Assembly (NCBI GenBank): GCA_043228905.1
Contig: JBHGNT010000017.1
Coordinates: forward strand, 18,414,001 to 18,478,000
Source of the DNA: Azolla caroliniana
Taxonomy: Eukaryota; Plantae; Polypodiophyta
DNA: 64,000 nucleotides
Reading direction: 5' to 3'
Shown: positions 1 through 11,555 of the stretch, one piece after another
Layout of the letters: each line of letters opens with the position of its first letter
How positions within the stretch are numbered: the stretch's first letter is position 1
Position numbers and translations under genes: made by a program
The notes under the pieces: generated by a model
Told to the model about the DNA's origin: nothing
Databases searched by the model: none
The model's input: the letters and a program-made list of their open reading frames with translations, nothing else

Positions 1-3000
1 GAGAGCTAAGGATCCCACGTTGCCACGATCCAACCGGTAGTGACCTATGTATTAATAGTCATTGGAACGTGGTAATTCACCTGTTTTATTCATCTTTGAT
101 GTTGGCTAATTTGTTGTGCTCACCTTCTTTTTCTATAGTCTATATTTACCTCCTCTTTAATGTTTCAACTCAACTTTGATTTTCTTGGGTCCTTCAGGCC
201 ATTCTTCACCATCGTGCTTCATATTTAGCTCAAAGATCTTTGTTGTCTACTTCAAGTGTAAAGAAATAACATTATAATGGATTAATGATTGTATTTGAGG
301 GTATCTTTGAGTTAATCAAATTGTGAAGTGTTTTCTTGAGGTCTATTAAGCAAACAAAAAATATAAAAAATGATTTGATGTTTTCTTTATTTTGAAGTCC
401 TTTATCATATTTAACATTTTGGCCCAATTGTCATTCTTAACAAACTATAACTTCCCTATGTGACAAGCTACATTTTATCCTAATGAATAACCCTCAAACA
501 TTACTAGGAGATACTTCACATATGTGGTACCTACTGGATTGGTTGACCTTTGACTTGGAACCCAATATTTTCTCATAGAGTCATCGGTTGAGGTGGCATG
601 CTTGTATTTATCACAACGTGAGAAGTGGGACAATGAAGGAAAGAAATCGTGTTTCAAAGTATGCCAATAATATAAGTAATAATTCATGCCATGATTCTAA
701 AGTCTAATAAAATGAACATGAGAAGAAAAAAGAAAAGTATTTGACACGCGTAAAGCAAGTTAAGGAATCATATATGACCGTGCAATTAGACTTGTTTTTG
801 TCAATATTTCACGTATGTCCAAATGAACAGTGGAGATTTTGTCTCCATAATCAATTTAATGCAATCAAATGGTTCCTATTTAGCCACATGCAAAGTTTAT
901 GTCAGTCACAATATACAAAGTAGTGTGATTATAAGGGTTACGTGCTATAACATTCCAGACTTGAGCATATGCTTGATGGCTCTCTAACTTTATACATAAT
1001 GTTACCCTATGCAATAGTTAATATCCACATTATGTATATGCATGGATATTACCATTTGGAGAATATGTTTTTATATCTCTATGTACCTACTTGCACTAGA
1101 TAGACAATATGAGAGGATATGTATGTAGCCAAATGCCTTTTAAAATGTAAATAGAAAACTTTAAAAAAGACATCCGAAAATAAAAAATAAAAATGTAGTG
1201 ATCATTTTTACTAGAGTTGTACTATCTCCAAAAACATACAAGAAATTGTACCAATTTTGGCATGCGTAATGGCAAGTTGCATAAAAAATAATGTTAAGCT
1301 TTAGTAATTACCAATGTTCATTACCTCGGTTTCTATGTAGGTAGACTTGGTCAAGGATTATTAATAGAGGGTCAAAATGCCCTTTGTAGGTGGGTTTGAA
1401 ATACTCAATCTATCTAAAGTTGATGCATATATGCATATTTGGTTTTTGGTACACATGACAAAAATTTCATGACCAGATTTAACCCAAGTTTGGACCTGTT
1501 ATTGATTCCTAAGTTATGATGTATATTTCTCTCCTAAAAAAGGAATGCAACCATTGTGCAAATCCCAACTTATAAAGCAATGCTTTAGATGATCTTAGAA
1601 TGCAATGATCATTTCAAGTTGGTTACTCATATTGTCTTCGTTGAAATTTAACCTGATGTTTATTTCTTAGAAGATAATATAAGCACCGATGGGGTAGGAA
1701 CATCAATGGTGCCACAATAGTCCACATGAGGTTTTTGTTATTACATGCATCCTTAATAAATGACCAAAAAATATCTTAAGGTAATATTCATTAGAGTTGC
1801 AAAAGATTGTCAACAACTCAACATACTCTGGCTTTAATATATGTAAATTGGTCCTACATATGACTTATTGTGATAATAAACTGATGGCTGCGTTATATAA
1901 ATGAAACGCGAATCTTATTGTGCACATTTCGAAAGTACAAAGATATATAGAATTGTGGCTCAAGCAACATCATATATTCTTGCAGTTGGGTGAAATGTAA
2001 CATCAACAATGGGGACTACAAAATGTTCCGCCTTCAAACAATGACAATAATTGTTTATTTTATATGCATATTATGAGATGAATATAATGATCATTGAGTT
2101 TGCAAAAAATTAAGGTTTTGTAACCTTGAAGCATTGAATTGACATTCAACAACAATCATATTACGGTTCGAGTAATTTGGTCAACTTAAATCAGACGCAA
2201 CAATTCCATGTTCTTATCATCTCAAAAAGGCATTGGATTACTAGAAGGGTTCAACTCCTTGTGTTTCCCATGTTGATTAAAAAATAGAGCGAATGTATCA
2301 TTATAAAACAATCATTCACATAAAAGCTAAAATAATATTCGTATAGAAGGAAATTTTACGAAAAGTTTATGTAACATGATACACCCAAAAACAAAACAAA
2401 ATAATGAGATTGGGTAAGATCGTGTAGACACTTGTTTTTGTCAAGGCATAATGATTGGTGTCAATGGAACCGTCAACGATGGAGAAGTAATGTGGATTAG
2501 TTGAAACATCATACATAACGGTGACTTGATTGACTTGATAAACATGTTTTTGGACTAAACAGTGGACGTACACAAAGAGTTTTCATACATGTTTTTTAAT
2601 TACCACCGATAATTCTATGGGCTAAAAAAAGGAGAATAAGAAAGAGTGTTCAAGGCATGCACGACTTGTTCAATACACTACCACAAAGGATCTTCGACCT
2701 TAGCCTTTTGGATCGTTCTAAATAAATATAAATGATAAGGTATCCGAATTTCAAAAGGGTTATCTGCTTATTTTTTAAATTGCCTATATATATGCTTGGT
2801 CGAAGTTGGAGTTCTAAAATCATATGAAGATTAACCTCGAATCATAAGAATTATTTGAATTAAGCTTTCTAATCATATATATCTTATGGTAATGATCTAG
2901 AGCTCAAATACAGAAGCATTTCGGGAATAGGAGAGCACACTTTTCGAATCTCCGATACATAGACGCGTGTCACGGGTAATCGTCTGAAGCATAGATCTTT

Positions 3001-3074
3001 GGGATGCTTTTCGTGACGATAAATGATACGTAAAAGAATGAAGCTAGGGATCATACATGGCAAATGATTGCACC

Positions 3075-3161
3075 GTGTATGTGTATATGCATGCATGTAT
3101 TGTAGTGTGTGTGTATGTATGTGTATGTATGTATGTATGTATGTATGTATGTATGTATGTA

Positions 3162-3196
<35 letters not shown>

Positions 3197-3360
3197 ATAT
3201 ACGTACGTATGTATATATGTATTGTATTGGGTGTGTGTATGCATGCATGCATGTATGTATGTATGCATGGATGTGTGCTTGTTCTGACATATATGTGTGT
3301 ATGTATTGCCCTTTTTTCCTTTTGTATATGGACAAATATACATATGTACATGTATGTATT
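3075..3360. repeat. Compound microsatellite (TATG)n/(TG)n/(TGCA)n
   Basis: Directly visible short tandem repeats immediately upstream of the DOMON gene; they explain the spurious HTYI/VCMY ORFs. Confidence 0.95.
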
Positions 3361-3410
3361 GAATCCAAAGCTCTTTCTTTACATGGTTATGCCCCCTTGA
3401 TGGCAGGTAG

Positions 3411-4007
3411 ATGGGAGAATCTAGCACCCATTGGGTGGCTGTGGTGGCCTTAATCCTTTCCATTGCCACCGTGGCTGCCGCCATTACGATCGAGGCTTGC
3501 CCTAATGTGGTGTGGGATGGCCGGCAAAACCGGCGATACTCCCGATGCACGGAGCTCGGCAGCCAAGGTGCGCGGCTCGCCTACTCTTACAATTCGCAGT
3601 CACGGCTCCTCGAGGTCGCATTCACGGGGCAGCTCTCGACGGCTCGAGGATGGGTTGGGTGGGGCATCAACCCCTCCAGCTGGGGCATGATGGGCTCCAG
3701 CGCATTGGTCGCCTTCCGAGCCGCCAACGGGAGCACCGTCCTCCCCTACAAGCTCAGCCCCACGGCCATCCGATCGAAGCAAGTCCGGTGCAGCCCCGTG
3801 GACTTGGCGATCCGGCCGGGTTCCCTTGGGGTTCACATCTCCGGGTCCGGTACCGTCTCCATCTTCGCGGCCTTGCTTTTGCAGTCCACCACTTCGATTA
3901 ATTTCATCTGGAACCGCGGACCTTCCGTGGTTAACTTTTCGCCTCAGCCCCACACACTTCTCTCGGATGACCTCCACGGATTCACGTCCCTCGATGTTTC
4001 CTTTTAG
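3411..4007 (+). CDS. Secreted DOMON-domain protein (AIR12/CYBDOM-DOMON-like), 198 aa, single exon
   Basis: Hydrophobic N-terminus (WVAVVALILSIATVAAA). Motif GWVGWGINPSSWGMMGSSALVAF and C-terminal NFIWNRGP...PQPH are typical of plant DOMON domains, with candidate heme ligands Met and His. GC-rich island in AT-rich flanks. Confidence 0.88.
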   Translation: MGESSTHWVAVVALILSIATVAAAITIEACPNVVWDGRQNRRYSRCTELGSQGARLAYSYNSQSRLLEVAFTGQLSTARGWVGWGINPSSWGMMGSSALVAFRAANGSTVLPYKLSPTAIRSKQVRCSPVDLAIRPGSLGVHISGSGTVSIFAALLLQSTTSINFIWNRGPSVVNFSPQPHTLLSDDLHGFTSLDVSF

Positions 4008-6372
4008 CCATCTCGCTTGTGTGCTTGCCCGCCCGTATCGCCATCACGTTGTCCGGTGCAGTCTCATGATTAATAGAATGACTACTAGGAGAGCTTTCCT
4101 AGGGGCCCATTTGAAAATTGATGGATGACTTCGGACCGCTCTATTGGCATTCACACATTGTTACTCACTCCTTTGGTCTTCCGGGATGGCCACTTTATCA
4201 ATTTGGTGAAGATAAATACTTTACTTAAGGAACTTAATGATATAGTTAAATCATGTAACTCAATAGCTACAAGATATATATGATGTGTCCAAAACCCACA
4301 TTCTTGTCCAAGACGAAACATAATGTTTATTATATAAGACTATAGACTCTAGCCAACAACCAAGATATTGGTCACCTAGGTCTACATATAACCATTTCTA
4401 GAGCTGACCCGTATTAGGTCATTCTAATTGTCACATATTATTCTTCTCCCATAATTTCATGTAAAGTTTCTCTCTCCTGTTGTGAATCTTGTGCCAAAGT
4501 TATCACCACATAGAGTAATGTTGTAAATTCATCATCCATTCCTTCCAGAAAGCATAGGGGGCTTAATCATGTCCAAGGCTCCCAACCGTTTTGTGGCATA
4601 GAATGGCCTTTTGGTTCCTTTCATATTACACCTAATTCCTTCTGGCTCGTATTGTTCCTCTAACGTCCTCCCTTCATCTAGTACAATCATTTACCCTTTT
4701 TCTAATACAAAACCTTTATATGAGCCTTGAACACTTGACCTTGTCAAAGTTCTCAAGTTTGGTACATTGCTTCTAGTTTCATGACCATGCTCTTGTATAC
4801 CCTTGTAAATTTAAATATATTTCATCGATGTGTATGTTGCCATGCATAACACCCCTAGGTATAAAGATCTCGCATATAAACCAAAGAATACGATATCCCT
4901 ACCATGGTGTCCCGACTCCCACATCTCATTTGTATCACCCTATTCTTAATTGAAGGAAATTGTATAAGGAAAGATATGTACTTGTTTCTCATCAATTAAG
5001 TTTATATCCTTAGGTTTAGCTCAACTACCTCTTCACTTACCCTTTTATTAAATAAGGTTGTTTTGCCAATGACACTTGTCTTTACAAGGGTTTTAAATGG
5101 TGAGAAATTAGTGAATCATTCATTGCTACAAAAATAAAGCATGAATATTTTCTACTCCATTTTCCATGAGTTCATATTCCATATCTTGCCATGGATTATT
5201 ATTACACCTATATTTTACCTACATCATTTTAACCTTTAGGTAATATGAATCATTTAGATGATCAAGGTGTTCTCAATTCTCTCATGATGTTTCTTGATTG
5301 TGGATGGATTCTTTATGATTTGAGGCAAGCAAATACCTTTCTTAAGCTCAATTCAACAAGGTTACTTTTCTTCGATCAAGGTACCACGATATTGTACAAT
5401 GTGTTTAGGTAACTACTCTCTTTATATTTAAGGACGTTCTACGAATATAATAACAAGGATTTCCTTGTCCTTGAAATCCATACTTGCAATTTTCTTTGAA
5501 TGCTTTCCCCCAATCAAAATTTTCAAGTTGCCATTTATCGAAACCTTGCTCTTCTTATCAAGTTGCATGTTACTTCTACCGACCTTTTAATCCCATTAAT
5601 GTTGATGCACATTATTCTGTGGGAGTTGACTATGACAACTGTTGCTTATGAAAGGATTTACACAAGAAACAATATTATATCTTTACTTGAAACCTATTAC
5701 AGAATTATATCGATAACATTGTTCCATGCATTATGACTTACAATAATATGTTTATAGATTTGTGTTGACACGAGTCTATAATACAAACTTTATATTTATT
5801 TGGACAATGGTTTTACATAGTTTGTGATGACATGTTAAAGTTTGACATAAACTTGTGGGTCATAATTAAACTCAATCTGTCATCCATCATTACAGCTGAG
5901 AGCTTTTATATTTGAACCACTTCTATCAAAATCACATCTATGTTTGAACTATCCCCTCTCTTTCTTACTAATATTAAACTATAATGACCAATAAATTAAA
6001 AGCTTTAAGAAATTAAATATCTACATCCAATCATCAATTGAACAAGGATACATCATGATCAGTGTTGCCTTTTGACGGCCGTTTTGAACGTTTTTGGCAA
6101 ATTTAACTGTATATGAAAGTTAATTTTAAAATGAAACCGTCAATCTTGACGGGCATATGTTTTATGAAAACGTAAAAATGAAGGCTTAAAATTTCATAAT
6201 ACCGTCAAATTTTACTAAGACCAATACTATAGTAGTATAGTCCTAGGTAGTAGGAACAAATTGTTCAAGTTGCATTGGGAGTGTAGGAATTTGAAAGGCT
6301 CACATATGTCACTAATAACTATGTGTGTAACAAAAAGGTAAAAAAACTAATAGAGTCTAAATTATGAATCTT

Positions 6373-6549
6373 TACTTCCCTTTTCCCCCCTTTTCCCCCT
6401 TTTCCCCCATTTTCCCCCATTTTCCCCCATTTTCCCTGTTTGTTCGTTGCTCCCTCAGCCCTGCACCTTGCTGGAAGCTTGTTGCTCGTTGCCAGCTACT
6501 CATAGATTCAACATCTCCTGCAGCAGTCCTCCTCAACCATCTAAGGTAG

Positions 6550-6596
<47 letters not shown>

Positions 6597-6597
6597 C
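6373..6597. repeat. Pyrimidine-rich (C4-5T4)n tract and (CT)n microsatellite inside the hAT
   Basis: Seen directly at 6373-6436 and about 6549-6597. Confidence 0.85.
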
Positions 6598-7318
6598 AAT
6601 CCATTTTTGCTGCTAGTCTTTCCAGAATGACTGATATCATCTGAATAGTTGTGATTATTCATTCCTGTCTTATATGGTTGTGATATGTGCATCACTCGTA
6701 GACCTGAACACTGCCAAACAAAAATTCCAAGAAGCGATTCAAGTCACCATTATATGTAGATGGATCCGGAGGCTTTTATATTTCAATTTATGACTTTGAC
6801 AACCAGCCTTCTCAGTGGATGGATACTATCTTTCTGCTTGTCTGAAATCAAAGTTAAGAAACTGATCTCTCGTCTTGCAGTTAGAAGACAGAATGTGCAC
6901 GTTGGTCTACAGTTTTCTAATTGCACCCAATCTTCATTTTTTTGGACATACTTGGCCAATTTCTTGTATCTTCCTTTCAATTCTGTTTTCACTTTGTTCA
7001 GGTGCTTGTGCTACCTCTACTTCCTTTTGCTCTTCTACAAAAATGGCTGGAGATTTTGCATTACTCAAATAGTTTTGTGATTGTCATTACTCAAATAGTC
7101 ACTTAAAAACTAACTGAAACAAGAGGGGGGAACATAACATTTGCACTGAAAAAGAAACAACAAAATGTACTGACCTCTTCCACAACGGAAGCAAAGTCTT
7201 AGATAACAAAAACACAATCTCCATGATTAAATAAACATTAGTACCTCATAGGTTTCATTCAACTCTCTGCAGAGGATGACACTCCACCAAATTGCAACCA
7301 AAAGTTCTCTACTTGATT

Positions 7319-7987
7319 TCAGCCCTCTGTAGTGGAAGAGACCACGCCAGATGCAACAGACACATTACTTGAATCCAAACCACCAGTACTAACACCACCT
7401 TTCCCCTCACCTTGATTGTATACATGCTGAGCAGTGCCTTGAGAATGGTCATCATAAGTGTTTCCATAGCTTGTCGAGTTTCCATAGCCTTGTTGAGCTG
7501 AGGTAGGGTGAGCATAACCAGATTGTGGTGGAGGAATAGACCCTTGAATAGCATAGTTTGGTGGGGGTTGTATTGGCCCCTGACTACCATATAATGCACT
7601 TGATCCTGGTTGTGAAGCTCCATAGCTAGAAGGTTGTTGGCCATAACTACTTGGTTGTCCATAATTAGTTGGCAACGACCCTTGAGTACCATATCCTTGA
7701 GTATTATATCCAGATTGAAGTTGTCCATAACCACCTTGAGAAGAACCACCAGATCCTGTTGAATCCTCTTGAGGGGGATACCCTGGTTGAAAGGAACCCC
7801 CTTGCCCATAGGTTGGAGCAGATTCTTGTTGGTTATAGCTCGTGAGTTGATGTTGACCATACCCAACTTGTTGACTTGTTTGGCCATATTGATTAAAACC
7901 TGGTTGTTTAGCAGCTTCTTGATTAGGCACTGGCTGGAGATTTTGCTCTTCCGGTTGATTTTTCTTCTCCAGTTTCTGAAGTATGTT
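7319..7987 (-). pseudogene. Captured S/Y/G/Q-rich low-complexity coding exon, 3' part (5' part at 18001-18048)
   Basis: Open frame QPGFNQYGQ...YGQPSSYGQQPSSYGASQ. It joins in frame with 18048-18001 once the Gypsy and one TSD are removed. Composition resembles C-terminal tails of plant KH/FUBP-like RNA-binding proteins (inference). Confidence 0.7.
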
Positions 7988-7992
7988 GGTTT

Positions 7993-8473
7993 TGTTATTC
8001 GCTTAGCCGGACAAGGCCTAACACAAGGTGTCACGGAGACACTTCGCCAAAGGGTGATTACGGCATAGGATTAAGATTCAACGATTACACCGACTTACGT
8101 AGGTTACACGATTAGATTGCTTTGGTTAATTACACGCGTAAGATATAACAGTGATTACAGAACGGAAATCAAGACAGAAGTATAAACATCATAATCTCTA
8201 TTAATTATCCGCTGTCATTACAATAGGGTCCGGGCCTTTAAATAGGTTATCAGAATCTCTATTAATTATCCGCTGTCATTACAATAGGGTCCGGGCCTTT
8301 AAATAGGTTTCCGGCCCGTAGTACAAAACGGTGCCTCTCGCACCTATTCGGGATCCGTCCGGATCTGGAACGGCATACCGTTTCCAGTCCGTCCGTCCAC
8401 ACTATGCTCATTTACAACCATATCTAATTAATTCCTTCACTCCGTATTTTGGACTCCTTGCCGGCCGGTAACA
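7993..8473 (-). repeat. 3' LTR of the Gypsy element
   Basis: Matches 17520-18000 with one mismatch found by eye (G8046 vs A). Confidence 0.97.
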
Positions 8474-8525
8474 CATGGCACGCCCGTGGGACAGTACCTT
8501 GTACGTCGAACCCTTCTCGGCCCCT

Positions 8526-10898
8526 TCATTGTTCACCCAAATTGTCCAAATTACTTTGTTCAAGAATTTCCGCTTGTTCTTCCGGTTGTGGTTGTTGCGG
8601 CTGTGCTTGCTGCTGCTGCTGTGGTTGCGGTTGGGACTGAGGTTGCTCCGACTGCTCTGCTTGCTGCTGCTGCTCCGTTTGTTTCGCTGACTCCGGCTGC
8701 TCCGTTTGTCTCTCTGGCTCCGGCATCTCCGTTTGACTGCTTCCGGTCCGGTCTCCTTCCAGTAACGGTTCCTCATCACTGAGGTTGACCGTAACTGGTT
8801 CTCGTTCTTTCTCTCCCCGGATCCGGGACCTCTCGTAGCTTTCAAACTGGATCTGCGCCTCCAGCCTGTCGTCGTCCAGCTGAGCTACAAGTTGCCGGAC
8901 TTGCTCTAGTTGGTCCTCTGCCAAGGCTTGAAAGTCTTCGGCAAGCTCATCCCTTATGCCGGTGAAGTCTTCGGAAGTCAGCATATAGCAATCATCTCCC
9001 TCCTTCCGCCGGTTCTCTACGTCAGCCCGGAGCAATTGGAGTTCCGCCGCGTTCGTGGCCCATTTGGTCCACCATTTGACGGAACCGTTGTCAATCAAGC
9101 TCTTGGTCTGGTTCAACCAGGCCCGCATTATATCTTGGATGCGACTTGCTCCCATTTGAGCTCTGCTTTCCACCACTTGTCGCTCCTCCTTCAACTGCTT
9201 GATGAGGGTTGCCGTGTCCTCCGCCTGCTCTCTGTAGCGCGTCAGCTGCCCTTGATATGTCGTTTGCAGCCTCTGCAGTACCTCCGCCGCTCTTTCTTTT
9301 TCCGCCTGCTGTTGCCTGAGGAGCTCTGTCCGAACCTTCTCCGCCTCTTCCAACCGTCTTCTGTTTTCCGCTTGTTCCTTGGCGAATGCGGTTGCGGTCC
9401 GATCAACTGCTTGCCGGAGCTCATCCGTCCGTTCCTTGTGCTCCGTTTGCAACCGTTTATACTCCCGGTGCAATTGCTCAAATTCCTCCGTTTTTTGTTT
9501 GAGCTTGCCGTTGAGCTGGCGATGGTTCCGGTCCTCCCGGTCCTTTACCTGCCGGAGTTCCTCCTTCAGGCGCTCTACTTCTGTTTCGGCGTTCCTCCGG
9601 AGCTTGTCCTTCTCTTGCAGCATTTTCTCCTTTTCCTCCTTGAGCCGGTCGTACGCTTGGTGGCCTTTCCGTAAGCTCTCCTCGGCCCGACGTAGATTCT
9701 CAGCAGTCTTTTGGAGTTCTGCCTCCGCTGCCGTCTTCAATTCTCTTTCGCGGCTCCTCAGCGCTTCTTGGGCAGCAAGCTCATCCTTTAAATCCGCAAG
9801 CTCTTGGGCTTGTGCCGCATTTCTCCCCGGAACGGTTTCCGTTGCCGGGGTCTGATTGCTATGTACAGGTTGATCTGTCGCTTTATTCTGTACATTGCCC
9901 GGAGTCACCGGTGCTTGGACTTGTGTTGTCAAAGCCACTTGCGCCATTTTCCTTGTGACCCTGTCCAAGTCTTGTTCAAGGCTCCGGATTCTGGACCGGG
10001 CCGTCTCTAGATCTACGGTTGTGACGAGTAACCGTTCCTGGTGCGCTCTCTCTTCCGCCTCTATATACTCGACCACTCCGGCGATTTGCTCGCCTACCCA
10101 CCGTAGCCACATGCTACTGGTGCCTTGTTGCTGTACTGGTCGGGTCGGCTCATTCCCTGTGGAATTGTCTGGCCTGAGTGCCTGCATGTGCCGTTCTGGT
10201 TCTACTCCTTGGCCGCCGTGTGCTCTGGCTGGGCTCGCCGGCTGTTGAATTCCGGTTCTCGCCGTCTCCGGAGCCGTTGGACTGACTTCTTCTATAGAAG
10301 TCGACAAGACCGGTTCCCTACGGACCGGTTCCGGTTCTTCCCTTGTGGTTTGCTCAGGTTGAGTTGGGGGCGTTTCTGCCTCTCGCGGGTACGACCGCTC
10401 CCCTCCTGTCTCGGCGGTCCTACTTCTTAACCGTCGTTGGAGGTGCTCTTCTGGCTCCTCCGTTTCCTCTTCCTGTGTCACGGCATGTTTCTGTGCCGTC
10501 AAGGGTTCCGGTTCCTTCTGTCCCGGTCTCCGTAAGGTTATCTTGACGGGTCGGACCGGTGACACCTCCTCCGGTTCTGGGGCCCGTTTCTTCCCTTTCG
10601 TCGCCTTCGACGCCAGCAGCTGCTGTCGTTTGGACGCCGGCTTCGAGGTGCTTCCTTCCGATACTCTTGGCCGCTTCTTTGGCTGGACGGTCTCGACCGG
10701 CGGCACGAGCAATGTTATCCATTGAGCTACGGCGTGCCACAGCTTCCGGCCCTCCTTGCCGTCCTTCCCCCGTACCATGTCGATTGCCATGCACAACCCG
10801 TCTGCAATCAACACCGGCCAGTCCACCTTGACCCCTTCATAGGTGGCTATGATCATCCCTGCCCGATTTTTTGGCATGACAGGGGGTCGGGGGTACAA
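8526..10898 (-). CDS. Extra ORF downstream of pol: long coiled-coil, charged protein with Q-rich tail (790 aa; probable N-terminus in another frame at 10899-11221)
   Basis: Long stop-free ORF within the element, same sense as pol. E/K/R/Q/L heptad-rich middle. No obvious transmembrane segment. Confidence 0.85.
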   Translation of the reverse strand: MYPRPPVMPKNRAGMIIATYEGVKVDWPVLIADGLCMAIDMVRGKDGKEGRKLWHAVAQWITLLVPPVETVQPKKRPRVSEGSTSKPASKRQQLLASKATKGKKRAPEPEEVSPVRPVKITLRRPGQKEPEPLTAQKHAVTQEEETEEPEEHLQRRLRSRTAETGGERSYPREAETPPTQPEQTTREEPEPVRREPVLSTSIEEVSPTAPETARTGIQQPASPARAHGGQGVEPERHMQALRPDNSTGNEPTRPVQQQGTSSMWLRWVGEQIAGVVEYIEAEERAHQERLLVTTVDLETARSRIRSLEQDLDRVTRKMAQVALTTQVQAPVTPGNVQNKATDQPVHSNQTPATETVPGRNAAQAQELADLKDELAAQEALRSRERELKTAAEAELQKTAENLRRAEESLRKGHQAYDRLKEEKEKMLQEKDKLRRNAETEVERLKEELRQVKDREDRNHRQLNGKLKQKTEEFEQLHREYKRLQTEHKERTDELRQAVDRTATAFAKEQAENRRRLEEAEKVRTELLRQQQAEKERAAEVLQRLQTTYQGQLTRYREQAEDTATLIKQLKEERQVVESRAQMGASRIQDIMRAWLNQTKSLIDNGSVKWWTKWATNAAELQLLRADVENRRKEGDDCYMLTSEDFTGIRDELAEDFQALAEDQLEQVRQLVAQLDDDRLEAQIQFESYERSRIRGEKEREPVTVNLSDEEPLLEGDRTGSSQTEMPEPERQTEQPESAKQTEQQQQAEQSEQPQSQPQPQQQQQAQPQQPQPEEQAEILEQSNLDNLGEQ

Positions 10899-11221
10899 CC
10901 GTACTCATGGAGCACTCGAGCTATCTCCCTGAATAGCGGATCTTCGCCGCCCTGCGTCCGATAGCCTTTGCCGGCAACAGAGTACTCACCGAAATATCGG
11001 GTGAGTTGCTCCGAGGTTGGGTTATCGATCTGAAAGATTCCTCCCTCCGGAAGGCCTGTTAGCGCGCGGATCGCTTCCTCGGTGATGACCTTTGTGGCGA
11101 GCTCTTTGATGACCCGGTCGGCTTCTCTGTGCGGCGGTGCCTCCATGATGGCCAAGAACCCCTCCAGTCCGTTTTGCCTGAACCATTTCCTGGCCGCTTC
11201 CGACAGCGTTTGTGGTTCCAT
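10853..11221 (-). CDS. Probable N-terminal part of the extra ORF (MEPQTLSEAARKW...), frameshifted relative to 8526-10898
   Basis: Globular-looking sequence (GLEGFL...ITEEAIRALTGLP) that overlaps the start of the 790-aa frame at ...HEYG/LYPRP. Confidence 0.6.
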   Translation of the reverse strand: MEPQTLSEAARKWFRQNGLEGFLAIMEAPPHREADRVIKELATKVITEEAIRALTGLPEGGIFQIDNPTSEQLTRYFGEYSVAGKGYRTQGGEDPLFREIARVLHEYGCTPDPLSCQKIGQG

Positions 11222-11555
11222 GTCTGCTTCAAGGTCGAGGGAAGATGGCGAGGTAGAGTGGTGATGAGAGTAGGAGCGAGAGAGAGAGCGTTCTGAGCGC
11301 GGAGGTTCTCTGTGTGCAGGTTCGCGTTTGCTCAGCTTCCACTGTCTTGGTGCTTCTGTGCTTCTTGGCTCGCGAAATGAAAAGGTCTCCATGCGTTCTG
11401 CTTCTTCTTTGTGCGTTTTGGCGCCTTTTTCGAGCATGCACACGTCGTGTACCAATTTAGTATTAAGTAGCGTGGCGTCTCTTAAATGCCCACTACGTAC
11501 CTTTTCGCGCCTCGCTTTCACACCCGTTCATACCTCGATTTTTAATGATTTTCTT

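Noticed and set aside
1-2880. AT-rich region, possibly a decayed TE
   Set aside because: No termini, TSD or protein motifs I can support.
2884-3550. Several 76-168 aa ORFs rich in HTYI/VCMY
   Set aside because: Translations of the microsatellite.
4150-6050. Possible highly decayed retroelement pol on the minus strand
   Set aside because: Only faint hints, with no readable motif or LTR.
8526-10898. Calling the extra ORF env, or a host myosin/SMC gene
   Set aside because: No signal peptide or transmembrane helix and no motor or ATPase motifs; it lies inside the LTR-bounded element.
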